Positions 22,867-33,957 of a stretch of DNA of 64,000 bases are shown here, one piece after another. Position 1 is the stretch's first letter; every line of letters begins with the position of its first letter. The stretch comes from Octopus sinensis (taxonomy: Eukaryota), in the NCBI RefSeq assembly GCF_006345805.1, contig NC_042998.1:154628001-154692000 (forward strand), read 5' to 3'. Below the pieces are notes generated by a model, which worked only from the letters and a program-made list of their open reading frames with translations, was not told the origin of the DNA and did no database searches. A program made the translations under genes and the position numbers.

Positions 22867-24834
22867 TCATGTGAATTCAACAGAACTCACTTGAATCTTA
22901 ATTGCTTTTACTGTATATATATATGATTGATTGATTGATTGATTGATTGATTCTAGTTTCAGCTTATGAGCTGTGGCCATGCTGGGGCACCGCCATTTGG
23001 TGTTGCTACTTGGTTTCACTTCATGGAGGGGCTTTCTAGCAACTGCTATTTGGTGCATGAGAGAGTTCGATGCAGCTGCCCTCATCTGCCCCTCCTGTCG
23101 TGAAGTTGGTTCATCTGGGACACCTGACAGGAAGAGATCCAGCTTCATTTTAAAGACATCTGTATCCACCCCATGCAGGTCTCTCAGGTTCTTCGGGAGG
23201 ATATTGAAGAGCTGTGGGCCTCGGAAGCCCAGGCTATCACAGAATCTTGTCCTACATCTTGATGGCAGGTTTGGAGTCCTAGGCACCACACAGTGGCGCC
23301 CAGTTCTGGCATTTGCGTAACTCTTGATGCCAAAGTTCAGGACACTTCCCTCCAGGATCTTCCAGATGTATATTATGGCATATCTTTCCCGCCTACGCTC
23401 CAGGGAATATAATTTTAATCTCTTGAGTTTTTCCCAGTAGCTTACATTCTGCATAGAGGCTATCTTCTTCGTGTAGCTTCGTTGGATCGCCTCAAGTTCT
23501 GTGATCAACTTGACACTGGATGGTGACCATAGCTGAGAGCAATAGTCAAAGTGGCTTAGGACAAGTGTCTTCCAGAGGACCATCATGGTTTCTTGTTCTC
23601 TTGTTCTAAAGGTTCTAAGAATCCATCCAGCCAGCCGTCTACATTTCATTGTCAGTTTAGCAACATGTACATGAAAGGTCACGTCATCACTCATGTGAAT
23701 ACCCAGGTCACGCACTGATTGTGCCTCTGGGATTGCAATCCCTCCGGATCCAGTGTATTCATTGGGTATTGCATTCAGTTTTGCATGCTGATAGTATAAA
23801 GCTTGAAACTTTCCAGCATTGAACTGCATGCTATTCTTTTCAGCCCACTTGTATATTTCGTCCAGCTCACATTGCAGGTGTTTAGTGTCCTCAGGGTTCT
23901 GTATTGCCTGTGAAACTTTTGTATCATCTGCATAACTTGTGATCGTGGCTCTCTGCGTGGCTGAGGGCATGTCTGAGAGGGCCATTATGAACAGTAGTGG
24001 TCCCAGAACAGTGCCTTGCGGAACACCGCTCACTATTTGTGTGTTAATGGAGGTGGCCCCATTGGCTACTACCACCTGACTTCTATCCTTCAGAAAGTCA
24101 TGAAGCCATTCTCCCAGTTTTCCAACTATGTTGAGATCACGCAGTTTGTGACATATCATTCCATGATCGACTTTATCAAAGGCCTTTGCAAAGTCGAGAT
24201 ATATCACTTCCATATTTGAGTGGTTGAGCAGCCGTTTCAGCACCCAGTTATAGTGTTGTAGGAGCTGAGTTAAACAGCTTCTCCCTGGTTGGAAACCATG
24301 TTGGGTGTCGGGCAGCAAGTCATTCTCTTCAAGGAAGGTGATCAGCTTCCTTCTGACTATTCGTTCCATGACCTTGCTGATGTGTGAGGTCAGAGAGATA
24401 GGTCTATAGTTCTTGGCTTCCGCTCTGCTACCTCCTTTATGAATGGGGCATATTTTACCTTCCTTCAGTTTTCCTGGAAGTTTGCCAGCTGCAAGGAAGC
24501 TCTGAAAGAGGAACTGCAGTGGTCTTGCTAGGACTCTCTTACATGCTTTTAGGAGGATTGCCGGGAATCCATCAGGGCCAGTAGCTGAGTCTGTTTTCAT
24601 TTCATCTATAGCCTTGGTTACATCGTCTTCCTTTATATCGATGTAATCTATCGTCGCCGCCTCTGATTTTATATCTGCAGTGGTAAAAAAGTCAGTTGGA
24701 TTGGTGATTTGGAGATGCCCAAGGGGTGGAGTGAAAACACTCTTGAATTGCTCATTCAGTATTTCACTTACCCTCATTGGTTTTCCTGTAAGTGTGCCAT
24801 CCTTTTCGAGGAGTGGCCCTATTCTACAGTGCAC
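22867..24834 (-). CDS. LINE ORF2 reverse transcriptase domain (655-aa uninterrupted frame)
   Basis: All non-LTR RT motifs are present. The frame runs through the 3' tail, probably because a small indel near ~23030 removed the natural stop: the 28765-28893 copy has TGA there. Confidence 0.9.
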   Translation of the reverse strand: MHCRIGPLLEKDGTLTGKPMRVSEILNEQFKSVFTPPLGHLQITNPTDFFTTADIKSEAATIDYIDIKEDDVTKAIDEMKTDSATGPDGFPAILLKACKRVLARPLQFLFQSFLAAGKLPGKLKEGKICPIHKGGSRAEAKNYRPISLTSHISKVMERIVRRKLITFLEENDLLPDTQHGFQPGRSCLTQLLQHYNWVLKRLLNHSNMEVIYLDFAKAFDKVDHGMICHKLRDLNIVGKLGEWLHDFLKDRSQVVVANGATSINTQIVSGVPQGTVLGPLLFIMALSDMPSATQRATITSYADDTKVSQAIQNPEDTKHLQCELDEIYKWAEKNSMQFNAGKFQALYYQHAKLNAIPNEYTGSGGIAIPEAQSVRDLGIHMSDDVTFHVHVAKLTMKCRRLAGWILRTFRTREQETMMVLWKTLVLSHFDYCSQLWSPSSVKLITELEAIQRSYTKKIASMQNVSYWEKLKRLKLYSLERRRERYAIIYIWKILEGSVLNFGIKSYANARTGRHCVVPRTPNLPSRCRTRFCDSLGFRGPQLFNILPKNLRDLHGVDTDVFKMKLDLFLSGVPDEPTSRQEGQMRAAASNSLMHQIAVARKPLHEVKPSSNTKWRCPSMATAHKLKLESINQSINQSYIYTVKAIKIQVSSVEFT

Positions 24835-24880
24835 TGTAGCTGTTTCTTTGGCATACCTGTAGAAGCTCTGGGGTTAGATT

Positions 24881-26016
24881 TTATGTTTCTATAGCCCAGG
24901 CTTCTTTGTCTGCTCCTTCTTTTTCATGGGAGAGTTGCAGACATTTTTCGATTTCCAACAGTTTTATTTTTAGGCGGGACTTTTCACTGCTTTCAATCTG
25001 TTTGTTTAGGCGATTTGAAAATTTCGTACGCCGTCTCATTAAAATTTCCTCTCTCTGGGGATTTTGTTCTTGTGTACAGTGGCCTTTCTCTCTGGGACAC
25101 ATTTGTAGCATATGGCTTGCATTACAGACATGAATTGTTGAAGTTTCACGTCGATGTCTGGCGAGGAGAGACATTTAGGCCAGTTTTGTTTGAGGATCTC
25201 TTTCTCAATTTGTTTCCAGTTTGCCTTATGGTAGTTCAAGCTGGAAAGATTTTGAGGGTTTCTTGTAGGCTGCATGTCCGTGCTCTCTTTTGGCCCGTAC
25301 ATGGTCAGCTCTATCATGTTGTGATCCGAGAGTAGTGTCGGTGTCACTTTCACATTATGGATGAGATCCATGTCATTTGTGAAGCAGAGATCCAGTGTGT
25401 TACCTGCCCTGGTTGGTTGGAGTATTACCTGCTCCATGTACAGGGTGTTGATGAGGTTCAGGAGGGACCTCGCCTGTCCTCGTTCACATCTTGTCATTCC
25501 TGGGAGAGAAAGGCCCTCGGGCCATCTGACATTGGGCAGATTGAAGTCTCCCATAAGAAGCACACCTATGTGTTGTTCTAATGTGGTTAGAATTTCTTCT
25601 ATTTTTTAAAGGCAGTCTTCAAACTTGCCCACATGGCTTGGGGCATCTGGAGGGCGATATGTAGCACACACAACTACATCAAGTTGCCTAATATGTACAA
25701 TTAGTGTGTCACACACCGAGTTTGAGTATGACAAGAGGACCTGGGGTGTGAGGTCCTCACGGATGTACATAGCAACACCTCCATGACTCCTTTCTTTCCT
25801 GTCAGTCCGTAGTACAGCATACTGTGGTATGTGTAACTCCGCATCTGCTATGTCCGGTTTCAGGTGCGTTTCTGTAAGTGCTATGCATAAGGCTTGATTG
25901 CATGCAACAAAGTCTCTCAGGAACGGGATCTTTGTCCTGTTACTGAGTGTTTGCAGTCCTCTGATGTTCAGTAGGAGCATCGAGGTGAGGTGTACGTTGT
26001 TGCCGGCGGTGTCCAT
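24881..26016 (-). pseudogene. LINE ORF2 apurinic-like endonuclease and linker, broken into several frames
   Basis: Pieces 26016-25606, 25563-25039 and 25174-24881 carry APE motifs. Confidence 0.88.
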
Positions 26017-26092
26017 CCTGTGTCTGTTTGCTGTGGTGGTCTGGTATATAGTGGGTAGTCCCACCTGCGGGCTTGGGTTTGATGAAGCCAGG

Positions 26093-26872
26093 TCAGCTGC
26101 TGTACAATCTTTGTGCCATGCACAAAAAAGATTGTTGCTCAGCAGCTGCTCTTTCGACAACATCATGTTGGCGGTTTGTGGCGCGCACAACATCTGCGTA
26201 CCTCCGCTTTGGGGCAGGTGGTGCGTGGTCCATCCCTTTTCTTTGTGTTGATGGTTTGTCCATCTGCCTCGTGTCTCTGTGGCAGGGTCCCGATGTGCAA
26301 AGCGGCAGCCTGCACCTTCCTTTCCATGCCAGCAGGAACCTCTCAGGTAGAACATACACACCCGTGTGCGCTGTTTGGTTCCATCCTTTGCGGTTCCACT
26401 TCTATTCCTGGTTGTTTCACCTTTGGTCCTGCTTGAGCTTTTTCTTTTCCTTTAGCTCTTCCAGTCCTTCTTTTAGTTCTTCTTCCTCCCTCTACCTCTT
26501 CACCGGGTTCCCGTCTCCATGGCCCTTGCTGCCGGTTGGAGAACTTGCACCTGGGTTCACTTCCCGGGCAGGTTTCTCATTCAAAACCTCCCCGGACGTC
26601 CACCAGGTGGGGGTGACTTCTTTCATCGTCTCCATTCTTGCCATCTTTGCCCCGCTCGTTCTCAAAGATGGCATCAAGTGCGCCAATGTGCGACCGTACA
26701 GCGCATATGAGCGCACGAATTCCTGTCTCTTTTGCTCCATCTGAACCGCTGTCCTCTTGTAGCCTCTGCTCTTCAGCGCAGCCGCAATCACCTCGCTAGG
26801 GCTATCTCCGCCGGCGCACTCCCATGCTTGTACGAATAAATCCAGCTCGTCAGGTCTCCATGCTCTGGACAT
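26093..26872 (-). pseudogene. LINE ORF1: Myb/SANT-like domain, charged linker, C-x7-C-x8-C-x3-H zinc finger
   Basis: MSRAWRPDELDLFVQAW...IAAALKSRGYKRTAVQMEQKRQEFVRSY. In-frame TAG at 26494-26492, then a frameshift in an A-run. CMFYLRGSCWHGKEGAGCRFAH at 26358-26293. The probable C-terminus (PKRRYADVVR...SFLCMAQRLYSS*) lies in the 26093 frame. Confidence 0.75.
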
Positions 26873-26924
26873 GCTGGATAATCCGTCTATCCGTTTATCT
26901 ATCTAATTATGTTCGAGAGAAGAC

Positions 26925-28050
26925 AGGAAGATATTAAGGCTAATTAGAAGATAGAGTACTTGAAAAAGAAATATTAACAATATTAAAGTTTGCGGGTAAA
27001 AACGTTATTTAATCTTAAGGCTAATTAGGGGATAGAGTATCTGAAAATGTATTAGCAATATTAATATTATATTAGAGTGTGGGTAAAAACGTTGTTTAAT
27101 CTTAAGGCTAATTAGGAGATAGAGTATCTGAAAATATATTAGCAATATTAATATTATATTAGAGTGTGGGTAATATTAAACGTTATTTAATTTAATCTTA
27201 AGGCTAATTAGAAGACAGAGTATCTGAAAAATTATTAACAATATTAAGCAATATTAACCGTTATTTAATTTAATCTTAAGGCTAATTAGACGTTATTAAT
27301 ATTAAACGTTATTTAATTTAATCTTAAGGCTAATTAGAAGATAGAGTATCTGAAAATATATTAGCAATGTTAATATTATATTAGAGTGTGGGTAATATTA
27401 AACGTTATTTAATTTAATCTTAAGGCTAATTAACAATAATTATTAACAATATTAAACAATATTAAACGTTATTTAATTTAATCCTAAGGCTAATTTGACG
27501 GTATCAATATTAAACGTTATTTAATTTAATCTTAAGGCTAATTAGAAGATAGAGTATCTGAAAAATTATTATATCGAGAACAGATATTGAAAATGTAAAC
27601 AAACAAAGATTATATTAGAGTGTGGGTAATATTAAGCGTTATTTAATTTAATCTTAAGGCTAATTAGAAGATAGAGTATCTGAAAAATTATTAACAATAT
27701 TAAACAATATTAAACGTTATTTAATTTAATCTTAAGGCTAATTAACAATAATTATTAACAATATTAAACAATATTAAACGTTATTTAATTTAATCTTAAG
27801 GCTAATTAGACGTTATCAATATTAAACGTTATTTAATTTAATCTTAAGGCTAATTAGAAGATAGAGTATCTGAGAAATTATTATATCGAGAACAGATATT
27901 GAAAATGTAAACAAACAAAGATTAAAAATTATATTAGAGTGTGGGTAATATTAAACGTTATTTAATTTAATCTTAAGGCTAATTAGAAGATAGAGTATCT
28001 GGAAAATTATTATATCGAGAACAGACATTGAAAATGTAAACAAACAAAGT
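26925..28050. repeat. AT-rich tandem array of ~50-120-bp modular units
   Basis: About 14 copies of the core aaacgttatttaatttaatcttaaggctaatta, combined with modules gaagatagagtatctgaaaa, ttatattagagtgtgggtaatatt and cgagaacagatattgaaaatgtaaacaaacaaag. Confidence 0.92.
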
Positions 28051-28479
28051 GACGATCGCAACTTTAACTAAGATGTGGGCCTAAGTGAAGGATAAAATAG
28101 AATAATAAATAAAATATGAAATAGATGAAAGTGATACTTAATCCAAACAAGGTGGTCTGGGTTTTTTTTTTTTGGTTTACGGGATTTTTTTCAGGAGAGA
28201 TGCTTCTTTTTTCTTTCTTGCAGGAGATAACTTGATTCAGTTATTTTTGCACCATGTGCGTTTCGGCGAAAATGAAAATACTGTGTATATGTATATATTA
28301 TATATATATTTTAAAAATATTTTTAACCAAAGTGTTGTAGTGATCTCTATGACTTAGAGTTTTCGTTTTGCAACTACAGTGGTTATTTCGCCGATCTATG
28401 CAAACTTTTCACAGAGAAGAGGCAACGTCTCTCTCTGTTGAAAACGGAACCGGATATGTATATATATATGTATATATAT

Positions 28480-28518
<39 letters not shown>

Positions 28519-28584
28519 GTATATATATGTATGAAAAAACAAGTCAAAATAGAAAATGCTAAAATAATTTTATAAAGAACATTT

Positions 28585-28622
28585 CAGTACCGGTTTCGGT
28601 TATTTTGAGACCTTTTCAACTG
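28585..28622 (-). ncRNA. Minimal hammerhead motif with variant U3-A8 core
   Basis: cag-TTGAAAA-ggt(ctcaaaata)acc-GAAA-ccgg-TA-ctg. Confidence 0.6.
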
Positions 28623-28764
28623 TAACGATTAAATAATTAAATTTAGAAAAATTAGAAGAAAAGTTTTTTTAAAGGAATATTTGTATAGTTTTCAAATATA
28701 AGTGGCATTCTGCCTTTCTCTGACTCCCTTGTTTGCACTTGTGTGTTCGAGGTCGAACACACAT

Positions 28765-28893
28765 CGAACTCTCTCATGCACCAAATGGCAGTCGCTAAAA
28801 AGCTTTCGTGAAGTAAAACTGTGTAGCAACACCAAGTGGCGGTGCCCCAGCATGGCCACAGCTCAATGAGCTGAAACTAAAATCAATCAATCA
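28765..28893 (+). mobile_element. 3'-end fragment of the same CR1-clade LINE family
   Basis: tcgaactctctcatgcaccaaat...ggcggtgccccagcatggccacagctc..gagctgaaacta(aatc)n matches the reverse complement of 22924-23065. Confidence 0.88.
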
Positions 28894-28894
28894 T

Positions 28895-29099
28895 ATGTAT
28901 ATATATATATATATATATAATAACATATACATATATCTATATATATATATATATATATGGATATATATATATATATAATTTATGTATATATATATATAAT
29001 ATATATTTATGTATATATATATATATATTATGTATATATATATATTTATATTTATATTATGTATATATATATTTATGTATATATATATATATTTATGTA

Positions 29100-29132
<33 letters not shown>

Positions 29133-29462
29133 TTATGTATATATATATACGTATATATGTAATATATTTTATAGATATATATATATATATCTATATATTT
29201 ATTGTATATAGATATCTATATATATATTATAGTATATATATCTATTTATGTATATGTATATTTTATTTTATATATTATGTATATATATATATATATCTAT
29301 ATTTTGTATAGGTATATATATATATATATGGTATATATAGAGATATATATGTATAGATATATATAGTCTAATATATATACATATATATAATATATATATA
29401 GATATGTTATAATATATATATATATTTATATATTAGTATGTATATATATATATATATATTTA

Positions 29463-29498
<36 letters not shown>

Positions 29499-29687
29499 TA
29501 TGTATATATATATATATATATATATATTTATGTATATATATATATATATTACATATATATATATATATTTATGTATATATATAATATATATTACATATAT
29601 ATTATATATATTATGTATATATATATATATTATGTATATATATATATGTATATACGTATCTATATATATATATAGTATATACGTATC

Positions 29688-29720
<33 letters not shown>

Positions 29721-29745
29721 TATATACATATATATATATATAGGC
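28895..29745. repeat. Degenerate (TA)n microsatellite block
   Basis: About 850 bp of interrupted TA repeats. Confidence 0.97.
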
Positions 29746-29959
29746 AACATACACACATACATACATACACCTATTGCGTTCATGTTTGTGTGTGTTGCCC
29801 GTATATCAACAAAACACTTTCTTCTCGATGGAAAAAAAGCAATAAAAGTCTTAACAAAAACTTACTCGTTGCTAGAAGGGGACTTAACTCCTGTTTGCAA
29901 ACAATGGTGATATCTCCGACTTGAAAATTGTTAAAAGTTTGGGTTGAAAATTTATTTTT

Positions 29960-32290
29960 ATTGCTATTCGTTGGATAGGGTATATTTTAGCATGTTGGGA
30001 AGTTTACCACATGCAAGGAAACGCTGAAAGAGTATCAGCCGAGGGTCTGCAAGGGCCTTTTTATGTCTTTAAGAGAACAGCTGTGTGTCCATCTGGGCTT
30101 GTTGCTGAGTTTGATCTCATTTCATCAATGTCCAATATTACATCCTTCTGTTATGTTGATTTAATAAATGGTTGCCTCTTTTCCAAATAGATTCATTATA
30201 TTGAAAAGCTCCCTCGACTTGTTTATTTGCATATTTTCCAGTGGAGAAGTGAAAACACTTCAAAATTGTTTATTTAGTGCTTCACTTATCTTCCCCAGAT
30301 CTGCAGTTAGCGAGCCATTTTTACCAAATAGTGGCCCAATCTGATAGTGTTCTGAGGCAGACTCCTTTGCTGTCTAGAGGGCTTTAAGATTTCTTTTTAT
30401 ATTCTCGACTGCCCAGATTTCTCTTTCTTCTCTATGGAAGATTTTGAGTTTATTTTCTATCTCAAAGAGTTCCTCTGTTAGGTGGGATTTCACACTGTCA
30501 TTAAGGTGTTTGTTTAAATGATTTGAGAACTTTATTCTCTGCCACATGAGTATTCTCCTGTCTTGGGGAATGATGTTTTTGTGTCTATTGGTTCCCTTCC
30601 CTGGGACATATTTAATGCTTGCATTATTGATATGAATATATTGAGTTTCATATCTATGTCTTGCATAGAGAGGCTTTTACGCCAGTCCTGCTGGAGTATC
30701 TGTTTTTCAAATGACTTTCAGTCAGCCTTATAGAAATTTAGGCTGGATAGGGTTTGAGTGCCATCTGTGTGGAGTTTAGTTAATTCCAGGCCATACATTG
30801 TCAGTTCTATCATGTTATGGTCTGTGAATATTGTCGGTGATATATTTATGTTGTGGATAATTTCTACATTGTTTGTAAAACAGAGGTCCAGGATATTTAT
30901 GTGCCTGGTTGGAGAGAGTATGATCTGCTCCATGAATAACATTTTTGTAAGATCAAGTAGAGATTCTGCTTGATTTTCGTCTTTGTGCATCATTCTTGGG
31001 GTTATATTGCCATCAGTCCACCTGATGTTGGGTAAGTTGAAGTCACCCATCAGGAATATAATAGTACATTGATCCAATTGTGTTAGTGCTTACTTTATTG
31101 CACTGAGGCTTTCCTCAAATTTTCCATCATGATTTGAGCCATCAGGTGGGTGACACAGTATGTGAATATCACTATATGAAATTGTTTTAGATGTACTATG
31201 AGTGTGTCAAAAACTGAGTTTGAGTTTGATAACAGGGTTAATGGTGTAACATCTTTGCGGATATACATTGGAACTCCACCGTAACTTCTTTTTTTTTCTG
31301 TCAGTACGGAAGGTAGCATACATACATTGGTATGTGTATCTCCACATCACTTATGTCTGCAGATGTGTTTCTGTAAATGCAATGCCTATAGCTTGATTAC
31401 ATGCAGAAAGATTCTTCAGGTGCTGAATTTTGCATTTGCTGTTGTTAAGCAGTATGCCACTTATATTCATCAGTAGAAATGGCATTGGTGTTGGTATGTT
31501 GGGTGGTTTGGTGGCAGTGGTGGCCAACCAGGGTCCATCAATTATGGCGGTCTTGTGTGCAAGGGTGCATAGCTCAGCTTTGTTTGTAGCCACGACAACT
31601 GTTGCACTATTTCCTGTGCCACGCTTAAAAAAGTTCTGGCCTTCTTTTCTGCAGGTTTGTGCTGGAATATAGATTTTTCTAAGTGTGGTTGTTTCCTTCG
31701 TTGGGTGAGTGATGGCTTTTGATTCAGCATTGGGTGCACAAAGCAGCAGTTGGTCCCACTTTCTCCATGCCAGCAGAAACCTTTTTTGTGGAACTTGTAG
31801 ATAGACCTTTTTCTTTGAGAGGGTGTGGTTTGGGTTTTTATTTTAGAACCATTTTCACTTGGCTTTCGTCTGCTGTCTTCTTTTTCTAATTCTACATTGC
31901 TGCTTTGGGAGGTGTTGGGACTGTGGTTGTTTGCACTTTTCTCATTTCCTTCCTTGTTGAGCTTTTTAACTTTGGCATTGATGTTGTCACTGCTTTCTGT
32001 GTGCGGTTTCTCACAGGCAGTGTCATCATTATTTTGCCACTTTCGAAAATGATGTCCAGTTTTTCTAGGTGTGGCTGTATGAGCACATAAGATCAGATGA
32101 ACTCATTCTTCTTCTGCTCTATTTGTGCCACTGATCTGGAGAAACAATTGCTCTTCAGGTCAGCTGTAATTAAATTATTTGGCGAATCAGTTTCTGCAAT
32201 TTCCCTGGCACATAGGAACAATCCTATTTCTGTAGACTTCCAATTTCTTATCTTCCTTGTGGTGTATGGTTGTGGTGGTGCGTGCAGTTA
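29960..32290 (-). mobile_element. CR1-clade LINE (copy 2), older and lacking most of RT and the 3' end
   Basis: Myb-like RNWKSTEIGLFLCAREIAETDSPNNLITADLKSNCFSRSVAQIEQKKNEFI*SYVL (32248-32081). Finger YKFHKKGFCWHGESGTNCCFVH (31799-31734). APE (LMNISG, AFTETHL, MGDFNLP, NILDLCF, TDH) and RT start (DEMRSNSATSPDG) are all homologous to copy 1. Confidence 0.9.
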
Positions 32291-32559
32291 GTTTTTGAGT
32301 GCAAGTATGGAGAGAGCAGAGGTGTGATGCGAGAAAACATGAAGGACAGTGAGAAGTTGGGTAGGTGAGGGGGAAAGCAAGCTGGGGGAGGGAAGAGACC
32401 AAAGGAGGTGATGGAGAGATGTGAGGGGACAGACAGGAAAATTGAGCCAGAGAAGGGAGCAGAGAGGAGATTGAGAGGGAAGCAGAGATGAGGGAGGTAG
32501 TATTGCAGGGGAGAGGAGGAGAGGATGGGGATTGGGTTGTAGGTGTGGGTGGATAGTGA

Positions 32560-33230
32560 TAGGAGAGGGGAGTAAGTGGGAGTGAGAGAGAGGGAAAGAG
32601 AGAGACTAGAATATTTGTAAATAAGAGCAAAGTTGTGGAGATAAAAAGAGTGAGAGGAAGAAAGGATACATATTTGGAGAAAGTGAGAGAAAGGGGAGAG
32701 AGACTAGATACACATTGATTCTAATACAGATAGAAATAGAGAGAGAGAGAAAGGAGCATTTATTGTTAGTGTTTGAGTGAGAAAGTAAGTAAATATATTT
32801 GTGAATAAGAGTAAAGTTGTGGAGAGAAAAAGAATAAGAGGAAAAAAAAATATTTTGAGAAAGTGCGAGAGAGATTAGATACACATTTATTTTAGTACAG
32901 AGAGAAAGGGGGAGGAGGAGGATGTATCACTAGTTAGATGTAAAAGTCTTCAAGAAAGAGTAAAGGGATGAAGAGGAAAAAGAGGAAAAAAAGGATATAT
33001 ATTTGGAGAAAGCGAGAGAGAGAGACTAGATACACATTGATTCTAGTGCAGAGAGAGAGAGGAGTATATATATCGCTAGTGTTTGAGTGAGAGAGTAAGT
33101 CAGTAGATATATTTGGAGAAAGTGAGAGAGAGACTTGATACACATTGATTCTAGTATAAAGAGAGAGAGTGAGAAAAGTAAAGTGAGAAGTGTTAATATA
33201 TTTGTATATAAGAACAAAGTAATGGAGAGA
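32560..33230. repeat. Purine-rich tandem array (~110-190-bp units)
   Basis: gagagagactagatacacattgattcta... recurs at ~32695, 32870, 33020 and 33130; atatatttggagaaag recurs. Confidence 0.8.
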
Positions 33231-33957
33231 AAAGAAAGTGGAAGTTACAGGAGATGTATATATATTCCAGCCTGGTTTGGTTTGTTTTTGTTTTGTAAGC
33301 TCCTGAGAGAAAAATGAATTATTCGAATAGAGAGGAAACGCTTAGAAGAAATAGAAAGCCAGTATTTATCACACCTCGTTAGAAAGAAAAATATATAAAA
33401 AAAGAAGAGAAGGAAAGAAAAGAAAATGTTGTTGCACAGGTCAGAATCAAAAACAAAATACAGAAAGGGAGGGTCGATAACTTATAACTATTTTTTTTTG
33501 TTGGACCTTTCATTAATTTAATTATAATGCATGTATACTTATCTTATCTTGAGTTTTTCTTAAAGTTGTGGTGTATCTTAGGAATTTTCTTTACTTTCCC
33601 ATAAGCACATGGGGGATTTTTTTGATAGAAGAAACAGTGATGCTTTGACTTAATGTTTTTGTCAAAGATTCTTTCTGCTCAGTATATTTATGTAGGTGAT
33701 TTGAAATATATCGTAATTTTATAGATATACAGTATTTTAGTATACTTTCCTGATCAGTTTACTGTTTTCTTTGAAATATTTTTATGGGTTTTCCGAAGCA
33801 CAGAAAAACATGTGTGGACCACACAAAACTGGAAGTATGTATGTATGTATGCATGCATACATACATGTAGAAGGTTGAAAAGGAACACACGAGTTGATAT
33901 ATTTTGAAAAAAAAGTCAAGGTACAAAATGCTATAATAATTTTATAAAAAAACATCT

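Larger units (their letters stand above)
22924..26890 (-). mobile_element. Near full-length CR1-clade LINE (copy 1), inactivated by frameshifts and stops
   Basis: ORF1 (26872-26093), APE endonuclease (LNIRG, LTETHL, RSHGGV, MGDFNLP, NTLDLCF, SDH) and RT (NYRPISLTS, LDFAKAFDKV, GVPQGTVLGPLLF, YADD, YSLERRR, GPQLFNILP). (ATCA)n 3' tail at 22924-22952. Confidence 0.95.

Noticed and set aside
26925-28050. CRISPR-like repeat/spacer array
   Set aside because: Intervening sequences are themselves repeated modules, there are no cas genes, and the context is eukaryotic.
28957-29910. Y/I-rich ORFs (also at 51168-51674, 55170-55412 and 58400-58969)
   Set aside because: Translations of (TA)n microsatellites.
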